The notes beneath the pieces were generated by a model. That model did no database searches, was not told the DNA's origin, and saw only the letters and a list, made by a program, of their open reading frames with translations. A stretch of 63,996 bases of DNA, filler included, from Piptocephalis cylindrospora (taxonomy: Eukaryota), in NCBI GenBank assembly GCA_003614145.1. It is 9 parts of 9 records of this genome, joined end to end, with 100 filler letters (N's around TTAATTAATTAA, not from the genome) between each part and the next. Parts side by side here need not be neighbours in the genome. Positions count along the whole stretch, not along the records: positions 28,850 to 35,935 come from KZ988231.1; positions 36,036 to 43,107 come from KZ988232.1; positions 43,208 to 50,269 come from KZ988233.1; 6 more parts are not named here. One strand, 5' to 3'. A program made the translations under genes and the position numbers. Of the stretch, positions 34,463 through 47,828 are shown in pieces (positions within the stretch are counted from its first letter, which is position 1; the number at the start of each line of letters is the position of its first letter).

Positions 34463-35037
34463 GCATCCTTGTACCATGTATTTGATCACTTTTATTTACC
34501 CATTAAAAAGATCTATTTTATATCCGTAATCATTACAGTGTAGAGTTGTTTGTATAGACTGAACCAGACTGCCCATTCACAAGGTAAACATGTACATTTT
34601 AATAATATTTCTTAATGAGCCATACTCATCCCCCCCCTTACCCTCCTCTCATAAATGCAGCTCGGGAATGAATTATCTACTCTTCACCACCAGGGGCACC
34701 GGCCAGGAAAGAGAAGAGGTATGGGAGAGGAGTGCACCGATCAGGAAAAAGGACACCGCCAAATTTGATCAAAGCCAATATGGCCACCTCCAGGCGGAAT
34801 TTCAACACCTCACCCCGCCCATACTCTACCACTCCGATCCCCTCCCGCCTTCCTTACAAGTGCGTGCGCGTGTGGGAGGCAAGGAAAGGCCAAGAGAGCG
34901 GCTTGGTTAGGCTGCTTCCCCACCCTTAAAACATCCTCTTCTTTCTTCCTTTCTTCCTTTCTTCCTTCCTATCCCAACTGCATCCTTGCACTCATCATCT
35001 CCTTCTCTCAATCCCGCTCAACCCTACCCCTGACAGC

Positions 35038-35935
35038 ATGGGAGATACACTAAAAGGCATCCCCGAGTTCTTTGAAGCCACACTCGGAGAGGCCATTGCC
35101 CTTCGCACTGACGGTATCGGTACGTGTTGACCAAGACCTATCTCTCAGTGGGTATGGGATAAAAAAAAGGGCATTCTTCTCACTCGACCTCCCTCACCAA
35201 AACAGCTACTATCCGTGAGCTTGGTCCTCCTGACCTATGCCATATCACCAAGACCCACACCAAGCCCGAAACCTCCCCTGTACGTCTTCCATTCTCTTTC
35301 TCCCTACCTTGAATCACTCCTAAACCCCACCTCCTACAGATTGGCTCCTATCACCATGTATCTGGTGTTGACGCTTCCACCATGGCCAATCTGGCTGTCT
35401 ACATCAATTCTCTGATCAATTCCCAGGATGTGAATCAGCGTTGGTTTGGGTCGTCCAGCACTGGTCCATGGCGCGTTAGTGCCGGTGTCTACTGCTGCTT
35501 TAATGCCTTTTCCAAGTTGGATACACGTGTCAAGGTCTCCATTCCCGGGAATGTCGCCTGCATGGCCGTTAATGCTATGGGTCAAGAGTAAGTTTCCCTT
35601 CCCCTTTCTCTTGCATATATCCATAGCCCCTCCTTATCCCACTTGCACGATTCAATAGACAGGAGATGAACCAGGATCTATGGCTGGAGACCTATGTCTC
35701 TTCTATCCTCCGTACCATCCTATACTCTGACTCCCCGGATTACCGCCTTCGTGGTTTCCGGAGATTTGATCCCATCCCCGATATCAATGCTGAAATCAAA
35801 TTTCTTGACGCTCTTGTTACCCTTTATCCCCTGGCTGCTCACACTGGGACCAGCTCCGATGTCCAAGTAGCCACTAATGCCCACTCCCATCAGTTGATTT
35901 ATTCCCTCCCGCGCCATTACCTCCACCGCTATGAC
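35038..35935 (+). CDS. Exomer ChAP subunit (Bch1/Bud7 family); 3' end cut by contig edge; multi-exon
   Basis: IPEFFE...RELGPPDLCHI, GSYHHVSGVDASTMANLAVYINSL, YCCFNAFSKLDTRVKVSIPG, LWLETYVSSILR. Confidence 0.9.
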
Positions 35936-36035
35936 NNNNNNNNNNNNNNNNNNNNNNNNNNNNNNNNNNNNNNNNNNNNTTAATTAATTAANNNNNNNNN
36001 NNNNNNNNNNNNNNNNNNNNNNNNNNNNNNNNNNN
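35936..36035. other. Artificial contig linker
   Basis: N44-TTAATTAATTAA-N44. Confidence 0.99.
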
Positions 36036-36384
36036 CACACATTCCTTGCATCCAACATGTCCTTTTAAGCTGAAGGCACATTGGTAGTGGGGAGGGAGGT
36101 GAAGTCAGAGGTGAATAACGAACCATCGGTCTCTTTGCCAAAGAGTGAACTTACCAGGACAGAGGCTGCTTGGCTGGACGAAGACAAAGATAGCACGTAT
36201 CATACCTCCGAAGTGAGTCCCGGCCCATTCGTTGCTATCAGCCCAGGATAAGGGGTAAGAGATAGGATACAAGACCAACCAAAGGCCCAAAGCACCCTAC
36301 CTGAAGTGATCCATACTTGAGCTTGGACCGTTCAGCATAGGTAAAGACAGCGGAAGCTGTATTGTTTTTCGAATGACGAGCCAT
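36036..36384 (-). CDS. NOSIP-like RING/U-box protein, N-terminal fragment (3 exons, cut by contig edge)
   Basis: MARHSKNNTASAVFTYAERSKLKYGSLQ, then QRMGRDSLRRYDTCYLCLRPAKQPLSC, then HVGCKECV. Confidence 0.85.
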
Positions 36385-36681
36385 TTTGGCCTGAACAAGG
36401 GATGAGGGGGAAGGGAAGGAAAGGAAGGGAGAGTGTCTTAATGTGGTCATGATTGTCCTGTTGGATGAATCCACGCCAGCATATCAATCTCTGCATATCC
36501 TATCGTTCACATGTGTCTCTAATATCTCTACAGACACAGCGATAGCGACCTTAGGTAATCCGGATGGATATGAATGTCAATTAAATGGTTCGGCGATAAA
36601 CAACACTATTAATTTCAACCTTGGATCATTGAACTAAATAAACATTGTAATCAAATGAATGAATGGCTGCTTTTCTTCCTC

Positions 36682-37191
36682 TTATCCACCATGCAAGGTG
36701 GAGATAAAGACGATGACATCCCCATTCTGAACCTCGTAGTCCAGTTGACCCTCAATCTCCCAATCCGAATCATTGATCAAGACTAGGATTCCAGGTCGTC
36801 TAGGGAAAGGCATGCATCGAGGGCAATGGGAATAAGTTAAAGGCCTAACAATGGCTCTGGAGGGGGGGTGGTCGAGCGTCATCGTAGCCCATCACCATCC
36901 AAGTGCACTTACACTGTTTCTCCAGACACAAAAAGGTCAGGTCGTTCCGTAAGCAGATGATCCTTGACATGAGCAATCACATGCCTCATCTCCACTTGGC
37001 CTCCTGCCTGAGGTCCCTGTACCGTGGCCTTGGTCAAAGTAAGTCCATCAAACAGTAGCTCCATCCCTCCACTACGGGCAAGGATGAAGGTGTGAGTTCA
37101 CGTATTGGTCACGCGGTCCATGCAGCTTCTCCTCAGCCCAAGTCTTTCATGTATACCTAAACTCTACTTGGATATTCACGGTCGAGGGCAT
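36682..37191 (-). CDS. URM1: Ubiquitin-related modifier 1; 3 exons
   Basis: [11 protein letters not shown]...ERPDLFV...[16 protein letters not shown]...[12 protein letters not shown]. Confidence 0.95.
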
Positions 37192-38408
37192 GAAAGGCTG
37201 TTTGAAAAGCTATAAAGCGAGTAAAGGCAAAGGACACAAGAAAAGGGCTTGCTGCAAAGCGAGGCCTCCTCAAGGGCATGGTGACCTCTACCCTAGTCGT
37301 TCTCCCTCAATTTCCCTTGACATTTAGTCAGTTCCACATTCCCTGTTCATGAACGCTCACCACACTCTGGCCTTGGCCACGCCCTGCTTCCTATCCTCGG
37401 ACACCCTTCCACCAAGTGTCCTCCCACATGCTCCAAAATGCATGTCCTCTCATGAACGAGGCCTCATCGTCCTGAATCGTCGTCCATGCCCCCTCTCCAT
37501 CTCCCTCTGTGTCCTCTGTGTTCCTCTGTGTCCCTCTCCCCCCCCCCCCCTCCTTCCCCCCTCACCCCATCCCACTGTGTAAAATCATCATCATCCCCGG
37601 CTTACATTGTCTCCTATGTGTGGATGTACAACGAGAAATACTGGTAATAAATCTAGAAAGGTCATTCGTAGCAATCTGCCTCTCTCATTTGCCTTAGAAT
37701 CATGTCCTTGGTCTTTTTCCCTTCGAACTGAGATACACCACTTGTCCCTTGACTACAAAGAAGAGAGGGAGAGGGTGGGGGAGAGTAGAGGGTAGAGACA
37801 AATGAGCTAATAACAATACCTTCTTAAGTACACCAGGTACAATACCTTCACCCCACACTACACTACACTACAGTCCCTCACATACAGTGGAGTGTAAAGG
37901 ATGATTTGACTTGTGAGGCTAGTGTGTGTGTGTGTATGTGTGTGCGTGTGGGGAGAGAAGGATGAGAGGCCGGGAGGATAGCGTACGCTCCGCCCTCCTC
38001 AAAGCCACAATCCCCTTTCGCTTCTCCCACCTCTCCGACCGTCCTTTCTTCCTTCCCCTTTTTTCCCGTTTGATCCTCAAGTTTCCCTCCCCCGTATACG
38101 CCCTTTCATACCCTCTTACAGAGTGATCACCCCCACTCTCCGCTTCCCTTCTCCTTAGTACCTGATCAGGAGTCGGTCCTTCCCCCAAGCACTTGTCTTC
38201 GGTCCGTCGAAGTTGTCGACCCCCTCAAAGCCCCTCTGAGTAGGTGTGAAAGTTCGATTCCGTCTCCCTGCCTCCGTCATTCAGCGCCGACAGGAAGCCC
38301 TCATATCGCGTCACTACATCCTTTCCTTGACGTAAGCTACCCTCAGCCTTTTTAAAGGTCACGCTCAACGCGTCCTCATCCTCCTCAGGAGCCCAGTCAC
38401 ATACCAGT

Positions 38409-41400
38409 ATGAATTGTAAGTGGTCTTACTTTACAACTTCAGCATGGATTCGTTCCTTCATTAATCCACTAACCCATTACCTCGGGATGAATAGCCAAGG
38501 AAGAGAAGTCGGTCAAGGAGATGCAGACTAATACCAATGATCTAAACAAAAAAGTGATGGATGTTGATTCCAAGGAGGTGATAGAAGATGAAGAGGTGAC
38601 GGACAAAAAGGTAATGGATGTTGATCCTGCAGACCTGGACAATAAGGTAATGGATATTGATCCCAAAGACTTGGATAAGAAAGCAATGGACATTGACTCT
38701 AATCATCTGGAAAAGACCACCAAGGAATCTACACCGCCCTTGGATGAAACTTCTGGTTTCCGCACAAAGAGGGAAAGGTCCTCCGAACCCAATACCCCCA
38801 CACCTGCCCCCGCCGATGATGCCTTTGAGCGAAGTGGTATGACCAGTCGAAGGTTAGGCAACTCCACCACTGCCGCTAGCCCAGCCCATGTTGATAGTGA
38901 TAGTGTAAGCGAGATTTTACCCGCTATAAAGGGAGCGGCTGCATTTCAGACTCTTATCCCTCACCCCTCCCCTTTTCTCACACCATATTAGTATGGAAAG
39001 CCCCCAACAAAGAAGCAGCTGACAGAGACCCCCAGTAGGATTAGGCGACAGCTTGCTTCTTCCACTTCCTCTTCGGGAGCCAACTCCACCTCATCCTCCT
39101 CCTCTACTACCCCTTCGTCCTCCTCCGCTTCGTCCTCCTCCTCCGAGACGGATCGGACAGAAGAGGAAGAGCTCACCACCAAGGCCCAGCCAATCCCAGG
39201 AGACCAACGCCCTCGTCACAGACTTGAAGAGCATGGTTCCTCCTCCTCCTCCTCCCCCTCTTCCTCTCCCTCCACCTCCCCCACTAAGAGAGGCCTTGGT
39301 CTCCTAGATCGAAGGATCCGCTCCAGGGATGAAAAGGACGCTGAGGATGCTGAATACGCCAAATTGGAGGGAGGACCAGATGATTCCCCTGATGCTCATG
39401 ATGCCGGCGATGAAAGAGATGGTCCTAGCGATGCTCGATCCTTTCGCTCCAAGGGTATCCTCAATCCCAGGAAGAAGGGTCGTCGTTCCATGTCTGGAGT
39501 CATCACCAACCCCAAGATCTCTTCTGGTATGTACATCTATGTGCAAGTGCGGGATCTTTAAAATGATGGGACACTGCTCAGATATCAACTCTGTATAACC
39601 TCTGTCACTAACGCTATTCTTCTCTTTCCCATATACACACACATTATTTAGGATCAGCTGATAGCTCAGGATCCAGACCTACCATGTCTCCAAATACAGA
39701 GGCGCCCAAGGACCCCATGATCTCCGATCCAATCCTCGAGAAAGCATCAGGAGAGGAGGTAGGGCATGATGGCTCATCGGGTTCCAGTGATGGGTCTTTC
39801 CAATCCCCTCCATCCTCATCCTCCTCCTCAACCACTGCCTCTGCCTCTGGTGGGGTCATTCGTCATCGGAAGGATCGACATCATTCCACCTTTGCCCAAC
39901 GCTACGGTAGAGATAAGCTTCGAAGGGACATGAGGGCCGCCACTCCCTCCCAGATGCATGAGACCTTCCTGTCTGATGGCGAGGAACCAACCTACCATCT
40001 GGACGTAAAGTCTTCTCCCATTTCCGAGAAAGAGGGGGAGAGCGATGGGAAGGGCAGTGGTAGGGAGGAGACTGAGGTGAAGATCCCTGGAAAAGCACCT
40101 GATCAAGCCAAGAATCCTCAAGATAGTAGCAGCGGCGCTGAGGGCTCTTCTGTGAATAGCTCCCCTGATCCCTCCAAGAACAGGACTCCATCCCCTCCTC
40201 CCGTAAGTATCCTTGCTAAGGAATACCAATGTAAAGAGGGGATAAAATCCTTCTTGTCCTTGTTTATCCCTAATCTCCCCTCCTCCTCATCCTGCTTGAA
40301 GAAGGAAGAACGGGCCTCAAGATTGACTGATAGGGTTACCACCCCTTTTGGTATTTTTTCCAATGCTTCTTATGGAGATTCTCCCTTGGAGCAGCCCCAG
40401 TATAATAGAATGCCTTCTATGGATGGTCGAAGCCCCTCACCCACTCGGTCCAAATCCGCTGCCTTTGGTGCCGTAAGTACAGGTAGAGGGATGAATTTTT
40501 TAGCCCCATCTCATCTCCCTCCCTCTTTCCCCTCCCCAGTCCTTGGGTTCTATTTCAATCGGAGCAAAGCCTGGCCCCAGCCCATTTGCCTCCATGTGCG
40601 GGAATGGCACTAGCTTCTCTGATATGCTAGCTGCCTCCAAGGGGAAGGGCCTTGATGCTTCCTTCTCATCCGGCTCTGGCTCATCCGCCTCCATCTTTGA
40701 TTCCCTGGACAAGGATGAACCCTCAGCCTTTGGATCTGGTGCCAAACCTCTGAGTCAATCCAAGGGCGTTGCCCTGTTTGATCCTGAGGAGAAGAGAAAG
40801 AGGCAGAAGGAGGAGGAGGAGGAGGAGGAGGAGAATGAGAGGAAGAAGAAAGAGGTGGAAGAGACGAATGACAAGGAGGGTCAAGACGAGGCCCTGGGCC
40901 GTCATGGTATGCTGGATAACATCACCAAGCGGGCTCCTAAAGTTCCTCAACTCACTGGAGAGGAGGGGGAGGAGACGATTATTCAATTCAAGGCCAAGCT
41001 CTTTGCCAATGATCCTCCTCTATCCTGTGAACAAGAGGAAACCGAGATGGGAGGGGAGAATGAGAAGGGTAAAAAGCCCGAGGAGGAAGTTACCCGCCAA
41101 GAAAAGACATCCCCCCCCGCTTCCTCAGCACGACGCTTCCGTGAGCGAGGTGTTGGTACGATTAAATTGAACCGACTCCTCTCGGACTCCTCTAGTCTAC
41201 GTCTAGGTAAGACCTCGTCTGTCTGTATTTCAGATCGGCGCTAAACGTCGTCCGGACATGGGAGATAATCTACATTTTCCTCCTTTCCATCCAACTAATG
41301 ACCATGCAACTAGTGATGAGAGCAGATTTGACTCACCGAGTCATCCTCAATGTCAAGATCCTACCGGAGCAAGATTTTCGTCTACAAGGCTACCGGTTGG

Positions 41401-41650
41401 ACTTTGCCAGCAATGAACGAGCCGATCGAGTTACCTCCTTTGCCCTACGTGTAAGCCCTGCCCTTCTCTCTTTTTTTTCTCTGTGTATACAGATATAGTC
41501 CTGTAAGGGATAGAAAACTCATACCTCTTCTCAATGTTCTCCTTATAGATGAAGAATGAGGATCTGGCCGATGAGCTTTACAGCACCATTCGTGAAGCAC
41601 AAGCCAATGGCAGGGCTGGAGTGGTTGGAAAAGGGGAAGGAGCTGTGTGA
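38409..41650 (+). CDS. RanBP1-domain protein (Yrb2/RanBP3/Nup2-like) with long low-complexity N-terminus; ~8 exons
   Basis: TGEEGEETIIQFKAKLF, FRERGVGTIKLN, RLVMRADLTHRVILNVKI and FALRMKNEDLADELY; FG/FS motifs upstream. The 5' micro-exon ATGAATT at 38409 is less certain. Confidence 0.8.
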
Positions 41651-41967
41651 GGAAATGGATATGCGATCCTTTTTTTTAAAAGTGTTGGAGAAGGGAAGGG
41701 CGAATGGGGGGCTTCCATATTGCTGAATAAAGTGACTGACGGGGATGACTTTCGATGTATCTCTCTTAAACAAACTCGAGCTGTTCATGGACTAGAGGGA
41801 AGAATGCAATGTGACACCAATAGAAAAGGTCGTTTTCAGTGGTATCTCCAAGAAAAATCACACACAATGGCAATAAATAGAGACAAAAAAATAAAGTATA
41901 TCGTATTCTCCCCCTCCCACATTCATACCACCACATTCTGCTCATAGCTATCTCCACCCCTCCTTCA

Positions 41968-43107
41968 CTAGATAAAGACATCAATGGGTAAGATCTTCTC
42001 GGGGGAAAGAGAAGTGTTGGAAAGGTTCTCATTCTTAAGGAAATCGGTTGGAAATTCGACCAGCTGACCTCGGACAGTATCGAGGATGGTACGGGTCTCC
42101 TCCTTGGATAGAGACTCATCAGCCACATGACCCCGGAGGACCTTGGTAGGGTCCGGGATGAACTTTTTGTACTCATCATATGTGGATACTAAATGAATGT
42201 GGACAGGGTAAGCAAGATGACCCTGAAACACCAGATCCTAGAGAGTCCCCCCACACACTTACCCGTATCATCTGGGACACAACGGAAGACACGACGGAAG
42301 ATCTCCGTGTTAGACCGAGCAGTTCCTTGCCAGACCTGGTCTAAATTCATCGGACAAGGGATCCTGGATGGCCTTCTCGGCCCATTGAAGATATGCCTTG
42401 TCCTCCGGGGATTCCCGGATGCCCTCCTTATTCTCCTCCATGGCCCGCATAACCAGATAATCCGGCTCGGAGGGGACAGGGGCCAATCGACGCATGTCCG
42501 TGTGAGGCAAGATACCCAAGTGTTCTCTACACATTTGCAATCTGTACTCCTTGGCAAATTTCCTAGCTTTGTACTAATGGGAGGAAGGAGTAAATGTGAG
42601 GACGTGTTCATGAAATGTTTGAAAAAATCAAGGACGTACGTCTTGCCCATTCATCTTGCAAGAAATTAATTCCTCATCCTCCACAATGGCTGCCAACTCG
42701 GAATCCCGATTTCCACACTGGGATCGATCATTGATGTTGGCTAAGGAGAAAAATGAGCCAAAAGACAACCTTTCCGGACCCTGATTCTCAGAAAGACTTA
42801 CCAGATCCACAAAGGGCAATGCGATCATCGACGATAAGGAGCTTGCAGTGAATGTAGACCAGTTCACTCACATACATACTCTGATCCAGATGGGCTTTTT
42901 CCTCCTCCTGGACCTGCTCATCATCCATATCCCTTCCAGCAGAGAGCACTTTGGGGCCTTGCACTCCCTCCTCCCCTTCTTCTGCTTCCTCCTGCTGATG
43001 AGCAAGAGTGGAAGCAGAGGCGTTCGCTTGTTTTTTACTCTGATAGTACTTACCCTCCTCACCCTGGGCAGGTCCGCCTACACGGGGAACATTTTCTGGA
43101 CCCCCCA
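41968..43107 (-). CDS. Phospholipase D1 (Spo14-like), C-terminal part; 5' end cut by contig edge
   Basis: Second HKD motif ELVYIHCKLLIVDD...GSANINDRSQCGNRDSELA; REHLG, IFRRVFRCVPDD and VRGQLVEFPTDFLKNENL. Confidence 0.93.
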
Positions 43108-43207
43108 NNNNNNNNNNNNNNNNNNNNNNNNNNNNNNNNNNNNNNNNNNNNTTAATTAATTAANNNNNNNNNNNNNNNNNNNNNNNNNNNNNNNNNNNNN
43201 NNNNNNN
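43108..43207. other. Artificial contig linker
   Basis: N44-TTAATTAATTAA-N44. Confidence 0.99.
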
Positions 43208-44135
43208 GTGATGTAGAGGGATCGGACGGAGAGGGACGAACAGTATGGCTGTGTGGTGGAGAGAAAGAGAGAAGGGTAGGTCGTCGGGATGGGCTTGACG
43301 GGGGAGGAGAAAGGAAGAAAAGAACGGGAATTGAGAGCGGGAAGAGGAAAGGGAAGGGTGGTGGGTGGGGGTGGTGGTGGTGGTGGTGTGAATGTGGTAA
43401 GCCCTAGGGTTTTTGACAGTGAGGGACGGGGATGAGGAGGGGGGAGCCGAGCGATGGAGTGTGGGGGAGAGAGGAGAGGGGGAGAGGAGGAGGGGAGGAG
43501 AGGAGGAGGGACGACACTGGTCAAATACAGCCAAATGTGCTTAATGATTGAAAGTGTCAAGCGAGGGGCTGAGATGAGACAGATGGAGAGAGAATGGGGG
43601 GAGGAGGGAGGGGAAGGAGCGACTTGGCTGTTTGACTGCGTGTGTGTATGTGTGTCTCTATGTTGTGTCTGGCATGGGGTTGACATGAATGAATGATGGG
43701 CCAGCCTCTCCCTCCCCACACGCTTTTCAGTAGGGGGGGGGACAGGCAAGGGGAGACGGGGTGTGAAAAAAGGGAGCAAATGAGTGAATTTCACAATGAA
43801 AAAAAGGCAGGGTAAGGTAAGGTGGAGATGATGGGGATGGATAAAGACTTGCTCTCCTGCTGTATCACACATTACAGCATGCTGCTAAATGACGGTAGGA
43901 GAGATAGGGGAAGGGATGTGCCGCTGCCGCTGCCCCTCTTCCGCATCTATCTCTCCACACCATAGAGATGCAGATGGAAAAGACGCCCCCTCTCCTGTGC
44001 AACCCGTTCATAATCAGTCTACATTCTCGTCTAGTAACACTAACAGACACACAACAGCACGATCCATAAAGAAAACAAGCACAGTGGGTTCAATCGAAAC
44101 ACATTCACACGCCTCTCATTGACATAGCGCGGACG

Positions 44136-45122
44136 TCAGCCAAGCCACTCGCCAGCATCGGCCTGACCATGGATATCCCCTCGGACAATGGAGTTGCTCG
44201 GGGGCCGGTCGAGGACAAAGGGGACGGCTTGGAGGTCGGCACGGCCCAGGGTGCCCAGATTCCAATTGTCCTCAATGGTCCGAAGGAGACTGTAGTGGGT
44301 GTAGGGGTTGGGGTCCTCGTAGCCGGCAAGGGCCTTGGCGGCGGGGCCCAGCAGGACGGTGTAGACGCGGTTCCACCCGCTGTAGATCTCACGTTCGTCA
44401 AAGGTGACAACGATGAGGGTACGTCGGGAGAAGGCGGGGAGGGGAAGCTTGGGGGTGAGGAAGGACTCGAGCCATCCCGATGCGCACTGGACGGAGGTGT
44501 CATGTCCATCATTGTTCATGTCTGGGGTGTAGTAGACGACCTGAGGGACGTCGCCTGCATCAATGTCCTGGTCCAGACGGGTGGACGGGACGATGCGGGC
44601 GCACCATTCGGGGTTGCTTCGGACCCGGTTCATGGACATCCATGGGTTGTGCTTTCGTTGGTACAGACCATTGGCCGTGCGTTCCTCGGCAAAGCACGCC
44701 TCTCCTTCAGGATACTCCTCCTGGTAGGACTTCCAGCTGACCCCCTTGGCCTCGAGGAGATCCGCAAGGCTCTTTCCAGGGATATTTTTAACCGAGTCAT
44801 CGATGACTCCGCCGACCGATCCGTAGATCTGGGCAATGTAGTTGGGCTGAGAGGGATGGGTGATGGCCGAGTACTTGGAGAGGAGGGTTCCGCTCCGGGA
44901 CAGCTGGGCCAGGTAGGGATCGGTGATGGCGTCGGCATAGTCGGTGTTTTCCAGGTTGATCACGACAATTCGATCAAACCACTTTCCCTTGACCCCTACC
45001 TCCTTGGGGTTCATGGATGGGGGAAGGCTGAAGGAGAGGACCGGACGGTCCAGGGAGAGGAGGAGGAGGGCGAGGAGAAGGAGGGGAAGGGAAGAGGGGG
45101 GGGATCTAGATGGCGTCAGCAT
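44136..45122 (-). CDS. Secreted phosphoesterase-family acid phosphatase, 328 aa
   Basis: Leu-rich signal peptide; FDRIVVINLENTDY, THPSQPNYIA, RKHNPW, TPDMNNDGHDT, VTFDE, YTHYSLLRTIEDNWNLGTLGR. Confidence 0.93.
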   Translation of the reverse strand: MLTPSRSPPSSLPLLLLALLLLSLDRPVLSFSLPPSMNPKEVGVKGKWFDRIVVINLENTDYADAITDPYLAQLSRSGTLLSKYSAITHPSQPNYIAQIYGSVGGVIDDSVKNIPGKSLADLLEAKGVSWKSYQEEYPEGEACFAEERTANGLYQRKHNPWMSMNRVRSNPEWCARIVPSTRLDQDIDAGDVPQVVYYTPDMNNDGHDTSVQCASGWLESFLTPKLPLPAFSRRTLIVVTFDEREIYSGWNRVYTVLLGPAAKALAGYEDPNPYTHYSLLRTIEDNWNLGTLGRADLQAVPFVLDRPPSNSIVRGDIHGQADAGEWLG

Positions 45123-46955
45123 GATCAAAAACGATGGGCAAGCGGGAGGGTTGGGTTGTCCAGGGAGAGGAGGGGAGGTTGGAAGAGAGGGTGGGGTCGT
45201 CGAAGAGGGCAAGTCGGTCGTATCAGACAGGATGGACCAAGCTTGGCCTAAAGGGTGGAGAAGGGGGCAAGGAAGGGGAGGGGAGGGGAAGAGCCGAGAT
45301 GGCGCAAGAGCGTCGGGTGGATGCGAAGGGGAAGGAGAGGGGCGGAAGAAAGGACAGAGAGGCAACAGGAGCGGCGCTTAAAAAGGAGCGGATCTTTCTG
45401 AGTTTTGGTATGCCACGGACAGGTGGTAGTGGAGGCGACAGATGGTAGTGGATGGCTGGGGGGCACTACAGTGTGTGCGGAGGAAGAGGGGGTAGAGAGC
45501 AGAGGCTACCAGAGCAGTGCAGAGATTGGGGGTGGATATACTCAGAAGGTGGGAGAGAGGTAGAGTATGGAAGAGCGTGTGGAGTTGGAATGTGACCGAT
45601 ATGACTATGAAAAGGACAGCAATAACAACAGGAAAAGAAGAAAAAGGACGCGGGAAGAGTGGATAAAATGGCGCTGCTGAGAGAAAGGGAGGGATGAGGA
45701 GGAGGAGGAGGATGATTTATATACACTCTCGGCCCTGTAAGAGATTATTCATCACATTGACGATGTGAGCCAAGGTCAATCATTGCTTTCTTGGCAATCA
45801 ACTCCTTTCATCACTACACAACCGACATGTACGCACTCCACATGTTCATGTGTCTCATCCACACAATGAGGGGATGGGAGGGGAGCGAGGTGGGAGGGGG
45901 GGGTTTCGTTGGGAGAGACTGGGAACACGTACATACTCGATTGGGAGGGGGGTCTTTCCACTATCAGCATGAGGTGTCTAGTATAGACCAGGATTGGTCG
46001 ATCCCTTTCTTCTGGCTAGAAGGACAGACTGTATTGAGGGGATTTCCTCTCATGTCATTTGTGGGGGGTGTACGTGCAGGGTTGACATCAGTTTTGGGAG
46101 TGAGAGGTCTGTAAGCCTCGCCATATTCGACTCCGTTTGCCAAGCCTTGGTTCCCATGCTGCTGTTCAAGTGGTGGGGCCCTCCTCCCTTCTTCTGACTA
46201 CTCGACTGAGATTTGAGGAAGATAGAGTCTCTTGTCCGACAGGATGTGCTGCTCTCCCTCTCCCCTCTTTCTCTACTGGATCCCTGCACACACAATGGAC
46301 GGATGACCCCATCCCCAGAGAGGCCCAGTACATCCCCGCTCTCTAAAGTGGTTGGCTTGCTTGCTCCCCTACCTTAAAGGACAGAGACAACATGGACGTG
46401 GATCCCCTAGTCTAGCCTCTCTATGAGGATGGATCAACAATGCTCCTGCTCCTTTTCAGATGGGACTCGCTAGTTAGTTGGTTATGGTGGACACCGCTTC
46501 TTCCCTCATTCACTGTGCAGCCTGTGTCACATCCTGTGCTTCCCCTTCCCCACCGGGCATGCGAGGGCGATGGAAACACCGATGCTGGTGTGATCGAAGG
46601 GCTTCCACAGCTCATGTCCAAAGTGCCAAGGTAGTGCTGCCTAATGGAGTCATCCAGCTTTGACAGAATGACATAAGGTCCGACTTGGGAGAGAGAGAGA
46701 GGAATCTATTCTTCTTTACATGGATACCTCGTGTTTCCCTCCTTTCCACCCATCCCATACCGACTGGATAAGCCAAGTCCACATTAATTTGCTGAGAAGA
46801 GCGTATCCCCTACCCTCTATTCACGAGCATCCTCATGGGAGACATGGGTAGACACATGGGTCATGGGAGGTTGATGTGAAGATCTTGATGTTCTACTAGA
46901 GTGTACCCCTCACTCGACCCTTGGTTGACTCGCTTGTCACGGGGTCCGGGAGGAT

Positions 46956-46986
46956 CCCCCCCCCCCCCCCCCCCCCCCGCCCCCCC
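46956..46986. repeat. Poly-C tract
   Basis: About 30 C with one G, followed by homopolymer-rich, probably low-quality sequence. Confidence 0.9.
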
Positions 46987-47828
46987 AAGAGAAGGGTTTT
47001 CCCCCTTTTTTATTTTTAATTTTAGCCTCGCCTTTCCCTTTTTTTGTTTTGATCAAGTCTTCGTCCCATCAGGGCATTTCGGATGAACCGGGCGGTCAGC
47101 TTAACATACCATTGACCGTGAAGGGGATTTAGTCGTGGTGAAAGTGTAATGAGCAAAAGTAGCACCGCAGTGCCCACATTCTACTAGCCATTATGAATGC
47201 ATGGAGGGATGCGTCTCTTCCGGGGATGATTAGCTGGGAGGGGGGGAGCTCTTTTTGTTAGCAGAGATGGGAACGGAGAGGAAATTAAAAAAAACTTTCT
47301 TTCTCAGAAACGCACCATGACTGGTGGGAGGGGGATGGTTCAATTGGACAGATTAGACCCATCCTTTCTGATTGGCATTTACAGACTCAGCCAGGTCATT
47401 GCAATGCACCCCTCTAAAGAGATCACTTGACCAACCGATGAATGCGACACACTTGCCCCATTGCTTATACTGTGTGTGCATCGGAGTAGGAGGGATGGAC
47501 AGAGTTGGGTTTGCAATCGTAGAGAGCTACGATGAGGATCATTTGTGCTAAATTTGACCAAATATTTGAACTGACTTCGAGAATTCAAAATTCATATCAT
47601 TACCAAGGCCCATGCTCCTCCCCCCCAAACACTTCCGACAGCGATGGGCGCAGATGATGAGCTGGGTGGCCAGAGTAGATTTAGATCCCTCCTGGGTCCA
47701 ACCTGGCTTATAGTGCATGTTTTGTGAAAATCTCGTCTTTTTTGATTGTTTTCGGTGATGGGTAACTAGATCAGTGGCAAATACATCACCTCTTCTCTCT
47801 CTCTCTCCTCCCTCTCAAACACGCCTCC

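Noticed and set aside
40207..40214. GTATCCTT resembling a U12 intron donor
   Set aside because: Overlaps a canonical in-frame GTAAGT donor 4 nt upstream, and no TCCTTAAC branch site follows.
44169..45251. 360-aa ORF antisense to the acid phosphatase
   Set aside because: Shadow ORF of a GC3-rich gene; G/V/D-biased with no domain.
45466..47800. Short ORFs between the acid phosphatase and allantoinase
   Set aside because: No motifs or consistent splice structure; treated as intergenic, though a small gene or ncRNA cannot be excluded.
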